Below, piece by piece: positions 11,941-21,512 of a stretch of 64,000 nucleotides of DNA. The stretch lies in NCBI GenBank assembly GCA_964417675.1, contig CAYQJL010000282.1:68077-132076 (forward strand), read 5' to 3'. Numbering within the stretch: position 1 is the first letter of the stretch; each line of letters starts with the position of its first letter. The translations under genes and the position numbers were made by a program. The notes under the pieces were generated by a model. It had not been told where the DNA came from and did not search any database. It saw only the letters and a program-made list of their open reading frames with translations. The DNA is from an uncultured bacterium (GTDB lineage Bacteria; Eisenbacteria; RBG-16-71-46; CAIMUX01; WJJG01).

Positions 11941-12576
11941 CTAATCCAGCGAGAAGTTAAACGGCACCATGATTTGACACTTCACCGGCACGTCGCGCTG
12001 CCTGGCCGGCTCGAACAGAAACTTCCTGGCGGCCCGCAGGACGGCCTGCTCGAGCATTTCACTGGCCGTGCTCCTGGCGATCCGAGCATGGATCACTTGA
12101 CCGTTTTCGTCGATCGTGATCACGACCTCGATGGTTCCCACGGACTCGGCCTGCTGGGCCATGTCGGGGTACTCGGGGGCCTCGGCATGCACCAGCACCG
12201 GCGGGGAATCGAAGGCCACGAACTCCTCAGGCCCGGAGCCCGAACCCCGCGGAATGGCCGGAGGCTCGAACGGATTGAAGTCGGTGATGGCCATCGTATC
12301 TTCCGCGTCCGCATCGTCGGAGGCCTCAATCTCCTGCACCGGCATTTCCGGCGCGGTCAGCTCCTTCGGTGGCGGGGGAATGTAGATCTCGGTGTTGAAC
12401 TCGACCGCCTGCATCTTGCGTTCACGCAACTCGTACGGACTGGGAACATAGGGCGGAGAGAAGATCGCGCCCAGCCCGGTCAGGGCGACCGCCGCAACGG
12501 TCGCCACGAACATGATCCGCGGGTACATGCGCTTGAAGCGCTGATGCGCAGTTTCATACCACTCAGGTATAAACAT
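11941..12576 (-). CDS. tonB: Energy transducer TonB
   Basis: N-terminal TM anchor, proline-rich spacer (PPPPKELTAPEMPVQE) and C-terminal TonB domain. Last gene of the exbB-exbD-exbD-tonB cluster. Start ATG 12576. Confidence 0.8.
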   Translation of the reverse strand: MFIPEWYETAHQRFKRMYPRIMFVATVAAVALTGLGAIFSPPYVPSPYELRERKMQAVEFNTEIYIPPPPKELTAPEMPVQEIEASDDADAEDTMAITDFNPFEPPAIPRGSGSGPEEFVAFDSPPVLVHAEAPEYPDMAQQAESVGTIEVVITIDENGQVIHARIARSTASEMLEQAVLRAARKFLFEPARQRDVPVKCQIMVPFNFSLD

Positions 12577-12595
12577 CGCACTCACCCCCTTCGGG

Positions 12596-12997
12596 CTATT
12601 CGAGATCGCTCGTAAACGATACGTTGATCGCATTGGCCTTGCGGCACTGCTTCAAGATGTCGTCGACGAACGTGTACGGCACCTGAGAATCAAGATTGAG
12701 CCCCACCAGAAGCTGGGGATTCTCGCGGATCTTCTGCACCATGATCTGCTCGATCTGTCCCATTTGGAGGAACACGTCGTCGATGGTTATGTTTCCATTC
12801 GCATCGGCCCAGATGTGCGAAACCTTCTCACGCGGGACGCGGACGCCGGACTCGGCCCGCGGCAGAGTGACGGTGAGTCCTTCCTCCAGCTTGAAGATGG
12901 TCGTCGCCATGAAGAACACCAAGAGGAGAAACACGATGTCGCCCATCGATCCGGTGGGAACCGTAGCTCCGGTCTTGAGTGTCTTGCTGAACTGCAC
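12596..12997 (-). CDS. exbD: Biopolymer transport protein ExbD/TolR
   Basis: 133 aa with a single N-terminal TM (DIVFLLLVFFMATT) and the ExbD fold. Confidence 0.85.
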   Translation of the reverse strand: MQFSKTLKTGATVPTGSMGDIVFLLLVFFMATTIFKLEEGLTVTLPRAESGVRVPREKVSHIWADANGNITIDDVFLQMGQIEQIMVQKIRENPQLLVGLNLDSQVPYTFVDDILKQCRKANAINVSFTSDLE

Positions 12998-13080
12998 GTC
13001 CTATCTCCTCGTTTCCTGACATCGAACCCTGATGGAAGTGATGTCCGTGGGGACATCGCTGCCCTGCGCCTTCGCGCCTC

Positions 13081-13497
13081 TCACCCGCGACCCTTCTTGA
13101 TCGAAAAACGTTGCGCCTTCGCGGCCTTGACCTCATCGAGCACGTCGATCATCCGCTCATAGGCGGCACTTCCATCGGTCTCGATGGAAATGGTCAGATC
13201 CGGATTCGCATCCAGCTGCTCCTCGATGAGGGTGCGCACGGTGGGCAGCGCCACCGGGGAATCATCCAGAAAGACGCTTCCATCCGCGGCAGCGCGCAAT
13301 GTCAGCACGTTCTCACGCTTGACCTTCATGGGCGTGCCGCCCATTCCAGGCAAGACGACCTGCATGCCGAACTCGGTCTCGAACACGGTCGTCGAGATGA
13401 AGAAGATCAGGAGCAGGAAGGCGATATCAGCCGTTGAGGCCTGACTGATCTCAGGCGGCGTCATATTGGGACGCTTGAGTTTCGCCATGTCTATCAC
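13081..13497 (-). CDS. exbD: Biopolymer transport protein ExbD/TolR (second paralog)
   Basis: 138 aa with TM DIAFLLLIFFISTT. It is clearly a paralog of the downstream exbD. Confidence 0.85.
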   Translation of the reverse strand: MIDMAKLKRPNMTPPEISQASTADIAFLLLIFFISTTVFETEFGMQVVLPGMGGTPMKVKRENVLTLRAAADGSVFLDDSPVALPTVRTLIEEQLDANPDLTISIETDGSAAYERMIDVLDEVKAAKAQRFSIKKGRG

Positions 13498-13536
13498 CTC
13501 GCCTTCGCGTGGGGTCCGAGCCCCTCTATGAGTAGA

Positions 13537-14313
13537 TTAGCCCTGCTCGGTCAAAACGTCGAGCAGCTCGACGGAGGTCTCCTCCATCTCGAGCACGAAG
13601 CGGTCGATCCGGGACATGAAGTAGTTGTACATCGCCTGGGCCGGGATGGCGATGACAAGCCCCGACATGGTCGTGATGAGGGCCTCGGAAATACCGCTGG
13701 CCACCACCTTCGCGCTCACCTGCTCGGCGGCCGCGATGGCCTCGAACGCGTTGATCATACCAGAGACCGTCCCCAAGAAGCCGAGCAGTGGGGCAATGTT
13801 CGCCACCGTGGAGAGCACCGGCAGCCCGCGCTGGAGGAAGGCCATTTCGATGTGGCCGGAATCCTCAATGGCCTTCTCGACCGCGGCCGGGCCCCTGGAC
13901 ACCTTGGAGAGGCCGGCATGCAGAATGGCGGCAATCGGCCCGCGGGTGCGCATGCAGATATTCTTGGCCTTCTCCACGCCGTCGGTCTCCTTAAGGCTCG
14001 CAACGATCGAGGCCATCAGGTTGCGCGTGTTGGTATGGGCCCGCTGCAGAGAGAAGAGGCGCTCGAGGATGACCGCCAACCCGAGCACCGCCAAGAACAG
14101 CAGCGCCCACATGAAATCCCCACCGTTCTGAAAGAGCTCGATGGCCCCGCTCTGCCGCTGACTACGAACGATATCCTCTCCTGCGGCCTCTTCGGTCGTC
14201 GCGGGATCCGCCGTCTCCTGGGCAACGGCCACCGGCTGCAGAACCAGCCCGAATCCCACGAGAAGGATGAGTGCCCCACCCAAACACCAACTGCGGAGTT
14301 TGCCGAGTCTCAT
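13537..14313 (-). CDS. exbB: MotA/TolQ/ExbB proton channel family protein
   Basis: Signal-peptide-like N-terminus, three TM helices and the ExbB/TolQ motif region (GFLGTVSGMINAF...ITTMSGLVIAIPA). Start ATG 14313. Confidence 0.85.
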   Translation of the reverse strand: MRLGKLRSWCLGGALILLVGFGLVLQPVAVAQETADPATTEEAAGEDIVRSQRQSGAIELFQNGGDFMWALLFLAVLGLAVILERLFSLQRAHTNTRNLMASIVASLKETDGVEKAKNICMRTRGPIAAILHAGLSKVSRGPAAVEKAIEDSGHIEMAFLQRGLPVLSTVANIAPLLGFLGTVSGMINAFEAIAAAEQVSAKVVASGISEALITTMSGLVIAIPAQAMYNYFMSRIDRFVLEMEETSVELLDVLTEQG

Positions 14314-14657
14314 GCGTTCCCTTTCTCCCTGCCCCCGGGACCAAAGCCCCGATGCGCTAACGCCGCAACCTGGAATCAGGTAGCGTGCCAATCCTCAACC
14401 GATGGCGCTGCTTGACGCAAGGCCCCTCACGATAAAGTCTTTCCTATGATAGAAATGGAGTCGGGAAACTGTCAAGGTCCAAAGCCTCTGGATCACAGGC
14501 GATTTGCCGGATCCATCCCCGCAACGGCCCTGACCGGGTGACTCCTCCCCAAGCCGGTCGGCTTCAAGGAAACCCTCCCCCCCGCCGATAGAAGAAGAGG
14601 CAGCTGATGTCACAGCATACGCGTACCGCGGATTGACTCTAGGGAGGTCACCCAGGG

Positions 14658-16586
14658 GTGTCAACGGAAAAGGCCCCCCGCTGCCCCCGTGCGGTGGGAT
14701 TCACTCTGATCACGGTTCTCACCGTGCTCATCGGCGGCCCGTCCGGCGCCGGCGCATCATCGCAGACCCCGGTCCCGCTTACCCTGCAGGGAATCGCGCC
14801 CTCGGTCTATCCGGGCAGCACGCATCCGGATTCGGTGGAGGCCTCCCTGGCCGCGGCCGGTTGCATCGGGCACCGGCCCCTGGCGATCGCCAGTGCCATG
14901 CGCGGCCTCAGTTCGAGCCGCGCCGGAGACTACCGGGGGGCCGACGCCTACTGGAACCGTGCCGAACGACTCGATCCGAGTTACTCCACCCCGCTGTTCT
15001 CCTCCGCCCGCTTTCACTTCTGGCACGATCCGCGGGCATCCGCGCAGCAACTCCTGCGATCGACCAACCTGTGGATCGGTGACTTCCTGGGTCAGCAGCT
15101 CGTGGCCAGCAACGTCTTCGTTCTGCTGTTCATTCCGCTGCTGCTGTCGGCCGTGTGCTGCGCGTTGCTGATCTTCCTGCACCGCGCCCGGAGCCTACAC
15201 CACCTCTACTGGGAACATCTCCAGCTGATCATTCCCCGTCAGGCCGCCAAGTGGGCGGTGTGGGGCCTGTTTGCTCTTCCCGCCCTGTGGAACCTTGGCT
15301 GGCTCCTGTGGGCCGCGCTCCTGATGGCGGCCGCCTTCCCCATTCTGGAGCGCAGCCAGAAGCGCTTCGCCTGGGGCCTGTTCGCCTTGCTGCTCGTCAC
15401 CCCCCTGGGCATACACTTGCTCCAGGATCTGATCGCCCCAGCCGACCCGGCCCACCCGGTCGCCAGCCTCTATCGCGCCCAACGCGCCGGGATCAGCCCG
15501 CCAAGCCTCGCGGAGCTGAACCGGCTCGCGCGCCAGTACCCCGAGGAGGGGGCCATCTACTTCACCGAATCGATGGTCCGCCGCCAAGGCGGCGACCTCG
15601 AGGGCGCCCGCCGGGCCCTGGAACAGGCGGAAGCCTTCCGGCCGCTGTCGGCTGACCGCTTCCTCTCCGCCCGCGGTATCCTCTCCTATCGGGAGGGCGA
15701 TATCGAAGAGACGATCCGTCAGTTCGCCCAGGCCGTCGAACGTGAGCCCGATCGATTCGAGCTGCGCTACAACCTGTCGAAAGCCTATGCCCGGGCGTCG
15801 CTGTTCCTCAAGGCCGACCGAGAGATGCGCCAGGCCTTCGCGCTGAATTCGAGCCGGGTGCGCCATGAAGAGCGGCGGCGGCTACTGGATCAGACCGACG
15901 ACCTGATCGAGGAGCGCCTGAACGCCCCCGATCTATGGAAGATGCTGGCGCGCACCCCCCACGGGGCCGGCTTCGCCATGCCGCGGATGCTCACGATTCT
16001 GTTCCCGGGACAGAACCCTCTGCTGCTCTGGCCGGGCGCGCTCTTCGTACCGCTGGTGCTATGGATTTCGATCCGCTGGCACCGCCAGCTGAAGATTCAC
16101 TCCTGTTGTCAGTGCGGACGCATCGTATGCCGCCGCTGCATGAAGCGCCGCGAACAGCGGGTCTTCTGCAGCGAGTGCGCTCTTTCCGCGGGCCGCTGGG
16201 CCAATGCTCAGTACACCCAGCTGTTGCTGGCCAGGTTGCTGGGACGCCATGATCGCTGGCGGGATCGGTTGCTCGACCTGGGTCGCTTCACCATTCCCGG
16301 GCTTGGCGCCGTGCTGCGCCAGCGCACCCAGCGCGCGTTCATCCAGCTCTTCCTGCTGGCGCTGTGCGCCGTCTGGATGGCCAGCGATGGGCTGCCGGTC
16401 AAGCCGCTGCCATGGACGCGACTCGAGGAGCTGGTGTTCCCGACCCTGGCCTTCCCGCTGGCCTGCCTCGCCCTTCTATTCAGCTGGACCGTTGCCAGTG
16501 AGCTTCAGGGCATCCGCAAACGGGCCAACCTGAAACGTTTCCTGGGTGCCGCCCGCTCCCAGGAGCAGCGTGGCGAGGCTGCTTGA
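14658..16586 (+). CDS. Polytopic membrane protein with a central TPR-like domain and a Cys-rich zinc-ribbon motif; function unknown
   Basis: 642 aa with a GTG start. It has several hydrophobic helices on either side of a soluble TPR-like region and a CCQCGRIVCRRCMKRREQRVFCSECALS zinc-ribbon-like motif. Transcribed divergently from exbB. Confidence 0.6.
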   Translation: MSTEKAPRCPRAVGFTLITVLTVLIGGPSGAGASSQTPVPLTLQGIAPSVYPGSTHPDSVEASLAAAGCIGHRPLAIASAMRGLSSSRAGDYRGADAYWNRAERLDPSYSTPLFSSARFHFWHDPRASAQQLLRSTNLWIGDFLGQQLVASNVFVLLFIPLLLSAVCCALLIFLHRARSLHHLYWEHLQLIIPRQAAKWAVWGLFALPALWNLGWLLWAALLMAAAFPILERSQKRFAWGLFALLLVTPLGIHLLQDLIAPADPAHPVASLYRAQRAGISPPSLAELNRLARQYPEEGAIYFTESMVRRQGGDLEGARRALEQAEAFRPLSADRFLSARGILSYREGDIEETIRQFAQAVEREPDRFELRYNLSKAYARASLFLKADREMRQAFALNSSRVRHEERRRLLDQTDDLIEERLNAPDLWKMLARTPHGAGFAMPRMLTILFPGQNPLLLWPGALFVPLVLWISIRWHRQLKIHSCCQCGRIVCRRCMKRREQRVFCSECALSAGRWANAQYTQLLLARLLGRHDRWRDRLLDLGRFTIPGLGAVLRQRTQRAFIQLFLLALCAVWMASDGLPVKPLPWTRLEELVFPTLAFPLACLALLFSWTVASELQGIRKRANLKRFLGAARSQEQRGEAA

Positions 16587-16645
16587 CGAACGGGCCAAGC
16601 CACTGCCACCCGCGCCGTTCGCGGGAAGGGCCGAAGTGAGGTAGC

Positions 16646-17953
16646 ATGCCACTGCAAGGAACCATACAGGAGTTCGGGGCACTGGAGACCTTTCAGCTGA
16701 TCGCTCTCCAGCAGAAGACCGGGACGCTCGAAATCTCTACCCGGAGCAGTACGCACAGCTTCATCTTCGAGGGCGGCTTGCTGCAAGCCGCCCACGTGAG
16801 TCCCTTGCATGCCGAGGATCCGCTGCCGCGCTTGCTGGTCGAGGCCGGCTTCTTGAGCGAGGAGGATCTGCGGGCCTGGCTGAGCTTTCCGGGAAACCAG
16901 CCGGTCAACCCCCTCGACCTGTTGCCCAAGCTCTCCTCCATGGACGAAGAGCAACTGCTGGAAGCCTACGATCTCTATGTTCAGACCGTGATGGATGAGG
17001 TGCTGTCCTGGCGTCACGGCCGTTTCCTGTTTCACTCCGGCCGCATCGAGACACCCAGCAAGGTGATCGGTCCGTGGAAGGTCGAAGGCTTCCTCATGGA
17101 AAGCATGCGACGGATTGATGAGCTGACCGATCTGCAGGCCACCGATCTACCCCCAGGCCTGATCCCGCGCCCGCGCCCCCACGCTGCCAGCAACCGCACA
17201 CAGGACCGTTTCGCGCGGGCCGTCCTGCGCCATATCGATGGACGCCTCAGCCTGCAAGAGATCGTAGCCGCCTCGGCCCTCCCGGCCTACGATCTTCACC
17301 GGGCGATTCGTGAACTGCGGGACTCACAACAGATCGAGTTGACCGAATGGATCCCCTCGGGTCCCTGGATGAATTCGATGTGGCGGCGTGGGGCCCGCTG
17401 GAAGTGGATTCCGCTCTCGATCGGAGGCCTGGCCGTCCTGGCCGCGGTCACCGCAGGAACCCAGATGCTCCTCGAGACATGCGCCCCTTCCTGGCATCAG
17501 AACAGCACGTTTAGCTTCCTGTCACCGGTCGCCCGCGCCGCCCGCTCCGACTACTCGACCGCACAGCTCATGGAGGCTTTCCGTGTTCGCCGCGGTCACT
17601 ATCCGCGCTCCCACGCCGAGCTGGTCGAGGATGGCCTGATCTCTCGGCGGGCGGCCCGGAAACTGGCTCTGGACGGCAGCCGCTGGACCCTGGATGCCGG
17701 GGGCCAGACCTACGCCTGGGGCGTGTCGGCCACGACCCCCGACAGCGAAGCCGGCGGCCTTCCGGATGACAGCCCGCGCAGCCGTCCGGATGACGGCCCG
17801 CGCGGCCTCTCCGGGGGACGGCCTGGGGAGCCTCTCCGGGAGACGGACGGACGCACGGACAGCGGTCCGCTCAGCCAGTCGGGTAGCGTTGCGGATCGAG
17901 TACCACACACCGCGGAGCCGGACGGCGCAGCCGCCGACCCACCCAACGACTAG
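16646..17953 (+). CDS. DUF4388 (PatA-like N-terminal domain) protein with one TM helix; function unknown
   Basis: N-terminus GTIQEFGALETFQLIALQQKTGTLEI matches the DUF4388 signature. Mid-protein TM helix; the C-terminus is low-complexity and contains a 21-bp in-frame duplication (PDDSPRSRPDDGPRG). Confidence 0.6.
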   Translation: MPLQGTIQEFGALETFQLIALQQKTGTLEISTRSSTHSFIFEGGLLQAAHVSPLHAEDPLPRLLVEAGFLSEEDLRAWLSFPGNQPVNPLDLLPKLSSMDEEQLLEAYDLYVQTVMDEVLSWRHGRFLFHSGRIETPSKVIGPWKVEGFLMESMRRIDELTDLQATDLPPGLIPRPRPHAASNRTQDRFARAVLRHIDGRLSLQEIVAASALPAYDLHRAIRELRDSQQIELTEWIPSGPWMNSMWRRGARWKWIPLSIGGLAVLAAVTAGTQMLLETCAPSWHQNSTFSFLSPVARAARSDYSTAQLMEAFRVRRGHYPRSHAELVEDGLISRRAARKLALDGSRWTLDAGGQTYAWGVSATTPDSEAGGLPDDSPRSRPDDGPRGLSGGRPGEPLRETDGRTDSGPLSQSGSVADRVPHTAEPDGAAADPPND

Positions 17954-19545
17954 GACAGGATGCGCTCGATCGCCGCGGGCAAGTCAGCGGCCACCAGCGC
18001 GTCGATCGGGGTCGTGGATTCCCGGACGACCTGCGCTCCGTAGCCGGTGCGCACCAGGGCCACGCGGCAGCCGGCCGCCAGACCCGCTTCAACATCCGCG
18101 CGCGCATCTCCGATCATCCAAGAGCGGCGCAGATCCAGATCGAGGGCGGCCGCCGCCGTGCGCAGCATCCCGGGTCGAGGCTTGCGGCAGAGGCAGGGTC
18201 CGGTGAACTCCGGATGGTGCGGGCAGTACAGGAAGCGATCCACAATGACCCCATCCTGCCGGAGCGCCGACGCGAGCGCGGCATGGACCGCCTCGACCTC
18301 CCGGGTCGTGAACAGGCCGCGAGCCACGCCCGACTGGTTGGTGACCACCACCAGTCGATAGCCCGCCTCCTGTGCCCGGCGCAGCGCCACCCCCGCACCC
18401 GGAACCAAACGCGCTCGACCGGGATCGCCGAGATAAGGAATGAGCTCGCACAGGGTGCCGTCCCGATCCAGAAACAGCGCGGGTCGCGACGCCCGCTGCG
18501 CGGCGATGACAGCCTCCATGGCTTCGCGGACGCGATCGACGGAGATCCCCTGCATGCACGGCGCCGGCGTCCGCACCGGGCATCTGCGGGCATAGCAGGG
18601 CGCGCACTCGCACGCCGCCTGCAGCACCTGATGGTGCCGGCCGCGCGGTCCGGTCCAGCGCGGATGGGTCGGGCCGAAGAGCGCGACCACTGGCGTTCCG
18701 ACCGCCGCGGCCATGTGCATCACGCCGGTGTCGTTGCATACGGCCACATCCACGCTCCGCAAGAGCGCGACGCTGCCCAGCAGGCTGGAGCGTCCGGCGA
18801 GATTGACCCAACCAGGCCCCGCGCCATCGCAGATGAGCCTGCCGAGCGTCTGATCGCTGGAAGCCCCGATCACATACCCCGTGATGCCGCGCATCTCCAG
18901 TGCGATCCGCAAGGCGCGGAAACGTTCCACCGGCCATTGCTTCGCGGCCCCATAGACGACCCCGGGACAGAGCGCCACATGGGCGCTCGCCACATGGGCG
19001 CTCTGGCGCCGCGCCGCCATGTTGGCCTCCGCGGCGCATCCGGCCTCCCGAAGAATCCGCTCGGCCTCCTGATCGGCCGCGGGAATCCGCGGCAGGGCCG
19101 GATCGTCCGGACATGCGCGTACCCCCAGACATGCAGCCAGGGACTTGAACTCCTCCACGATGTGTTGATGACCCCGCGACCCGCGAGCGACACGGGTCGT
19201 GAGCAGGAACCCACGGCCCTGCTCGGCCCATCCCACGCGCACGGGCACCGCCGCCGCCGCGCTCAGGAGCGCGGCGGAGAAGGAGGGCGTCATGAGCAGC
19301 GCGCGCGCCGGCCCCAGCCTCCGAATCGCTTGGATGGCCGCGATCCGGCCCAGTCCGGTTCGATCCGGTCCCCGCAACCAAATGCGCTCAGATTGCGGGA
19401 CCAGATGGGCGGTCAGTTCCAAGGGCAGCCGGCGGCCGGCCAGAACCGGTTCGCCCGGATCCTCGGCCAGCAACCCCTCGAGGGCCGGCACGGCCAGGAT
19501 CGCATCTCCAACCCAGTTCGGAAGCTGGAGCAGCGTGCCCATCAT
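17950..19545 (-). CDS. Bifunctional ADP-heptose--LPS heptosyltransferase (GT9, WaaF-like) / D,D-heptose 1,7-bisphosphate phosphatase (GmhB)
   Basis: The N-terminal half is a GT9 heptosyltransferase (NDTGVMHMAAAVGTPVVALFGPTHP...CPV). The C-terminal half is a HAD phosphatase with DRDGT and CxC motifs (ALFLDRDGTL...YCPHHP...CLCRKPRPGM). Start ATGATG at 19545 overlaps the upstream stop by ATGA. Confidence 0.8.
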   Translation of the reverse strand: MMGTLLQLPNWVGDAILAVPALEGLLAEDPGEPVLAGRRLPLELTAHLVPQSERIWLRGPDRTGLGRIAAIQAIRRLGPARALLMTPSFSAALLSAAAAVPVRVGWAEQGRGFLLTTRVARGSRGHQHIVEEFKSLAACLGVRACPDDPALPRIPAADQEAERILREAGCAAEANMAARRQSAHVASAHVALCPGVVYGAAKQWPVERFRALRIALEMRGITGYVIGASSDQTLGRLICDGAGPGWVNLAGRSSLLGSVALLRSVDVAVCNDTGVMHMAAAVGTPVVALFGPTHPRWTGPRGRHHQVLQAACECAPCYARRCPVRTPAPCMQGISVDRVREAMEAVIAAQRASRPALFLDRDGTLCELIPYLGDPGRARLVPGAGVALRRAQEAGYRLVVVTNQSGVARGLFTTREVEAVHAALASALRQDGVIVDRFLYCPHHPEFTGPCLCRKPRPGMLRTAAAALDLDLRRSWMIGDARADVEAGLAAGCRVALVRTGYGAQVVRESTTPIDALVAADLPAAIERILS

Positions 19546-21512
19546 TCCCCCACGGCTCCACGCAGGGACGCGAGCAGCTCCTCGATCTGCGGGCGCTCCG
19601 GCAGATCCGGGTCCAGCCTCAGGGCCCGTTCCAACTGCTCCGCCGCCGCATCCGGGCGCCCCGTATGGGCCAATGACATGCCCAGCAGATAGCACACCGC
19701 CCCTGATCGCGGCCAGGCGCGCTGCACACGAAGAAGTGTCCGCACAGCCCGGTCCCACAGGCCCGCCCGCGTCAGGACCAGGCCGAGGTTGTACAGCAGT
19801 TCGGGTGAATGGGGATGAAGACCGGCCCCCTCGTCCAGGACACGGCCGGCTTCATGGATCCGGCCCAGAGCCAGCTGCGCGTTGGCAAGATTGAGGTAGA
19901 TCCCCAGGCCCCGGTACCCGGCGGTTTGGGCCTCCTCCAACAGCTCGACCGCTGCCCCGGACATACCGGCCTGCGCCAGGGCGCCACCCAGCGCGGCCAC
20001 GAACTCCTCCGGCAGCGCCCCCTCCACCCCGGCCGCCAGCTTGGTTCGCCATTGCGGCGCCAGAGGTTCCCCGTGGTCAGGAGCGAACTGCATCAGCCGC
20101 AACCGGCGGCCGGCGGCGGCACCGAAGGTACGTTCGGACAGCGCGGCGCCCACCGCGCCGGCATAGAAGCGAATGACCGCCTCGCTCCTGTCGTGATCCT
20201 GCACATAGCGCACCACCAAGCGTTCGCTGGCAACGAAGGCGCTCACCGACTGGAACCATCCCCACCAGTAGGCGCCGCGATACTGATCCGGTAGGGTGGC
20301 ATGAAACGGCAGGGCGCAGTAGACCAGCTCGCTCTTCGGGGGCGGCGGGAAATCGACATCGTGCAGGACCAGGCTGCCCGCGGGCAGGGTCTCTTCCAGG
20401 TAGTCCGCCACCTGGCTGCGAACCTCGCCTGGATGGGCCACCGCCGGCAGGCGGCGCACCCCCTCGAACAGCAGCCCGGCGATCGCCAGGCCAAGCAATC
20501 CCGGCGCCAGGTGACGCCGGAAACCTCGGGCGCCGGCCAGTGACCCCGCCACCGCACCGATCTGACCGCAGGCCCACGGCAGGGCGATCAGCGGCGCGAT
20601 GTCACCGGCGAACCCGCTGCGGCTTCCCAACCACACCATCGCCACAACGGCCAGGGGGCGAAGGTCGCCACCCCGCAGCCGAGCCGGCCACCCGGCGGCC
20701 GACGCCAGAAGCAGGATCAGCCCCGCCCCATGAACAGTGCCCAGCAATGGCCACCAGCCCGAATCCAGTCCCATCGGTGTGCCGGATCCGAGCAACCCGC
20801 TGACCCGCGCCTCGCGCAGGAGCCCCGCGGCCCACGCCGCGGGCTGCATCAGCGCCGCGGGGTTGAGCAACCACATCAGAACGACGCTGACGGCCATCAG
20901 GACCGGCCCGTCCCAGCGGCGATCCGACCGGGGCGACAGCAGGCTGCCCGCCGCGGGCAGCCAAAGGAAGGCCCAGGCCCAGGGGCTCCAGGACAGCCCC
21001 CACGCCAGCAAGACGACCTGCAGGGCCCGTCCCGCGGTCCGCGAGCCAAGCAGCAGGAAGAGCAATCCCAACAGCAGGTGGGGATCCGCCCGGAACACGG
21101 CCAGGATGATCAGCGGCGAGACCGCCATCAGATAGGCGCCCCAGCGCGGATTCCAGCGCCCGGATGCGCGGCTCCCCAGCACCAGCATCGCGGCGGCGGC
21201 GGACAGGCCGGCCAGGAGTTGGAACAGAAGCAGGATGGCCTCCGGCGCCATCCCGATCCAGGACAGCAGCGTGGCCGGACCCAGGCGGGGATCGGCCAGG
21301 GGAGGCAGCGACGTCAGGAACCCGACGCCGGTCTCCTCCATCTGCCCGGCCAACTCGATGGCACGCTCCAGCCACGGCGCGACACCCGAACCGCGGCCCA
21401 TCGCTCGCGCCCCCGCCAGCATGAGCAGCAACAGCCCGACCGGCCACCAGGCACGCCGCGGTATCCGCTTTCTTGCCCACCCACTCGCCATACCCACCGT
21501 ACGCCCCACCAT
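19542..21512 (-). CDS. Polytopic membrane protein with C-terminal TPR repeats; possible O-antigen ligase or ArnT-like glycosyltransferase, function not certain
   Basis: 656 aa with at least 10 predicted TM helices, then a soluble TPR-like C-terminus. Co-directional with, and translationally coupled to, waaF-gmhB. Confidence 0.6.
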   Translation of the reverse strand: MVGRTVGMASGWARKRIPRRAWWPVGLLLLMLAGARAMGRGSGVAPWLERAIELAGQMEETGVGFLTSLPPLADPRLGPATLLSWIGMAPEAILLLFQLLAGLSAAAAMLVLGSRASGRWNPRWGAYLMAVSPLIILAVFRADPHLLLGLLFLLLGSRTAGRALQVVLLAWGLSWSPWAWAFLWLPAAGSLLSPRSDRRWDGPVLMAVSVVLMWLLNPAALMQPAAWAAGLLREARVSGLLGSGTPMGLDSGWWPLLGTVHGAGLILLLASAAGWPARLRGGDLRPLAVVAMVWLGSRSGFAGDIAPLIALPWACGQIGAVAGSLAGARGFRRHLAPGLLGLAIAGLLFEGVRRLPAVAHPGEVRSQVADYLEETLPAGSLVLHDVDFPPPPKSELVYCALPFHATLPDQYRGAYWWGWFQSVSAFVASERLVVRYVQDHDRSEAVIRFYAGAVGAALSERTFGAAAGRRLRLMQFAPDHGEPLAPQWRTKLAAGVEGALPEEFVAALGGALAQAGMSGAAVELLEEAQTAGYRGLGIYLNLANAQLALGRIHEAGRVLDEGAGLHPHSPELLYNLGLVLTRAGLWDRAVRTLLRVQRAWPRSGAVCYLLGMSLAHTGRPDAAAEQLERALRLDPDLPERPQIEELLASLRGAVGE

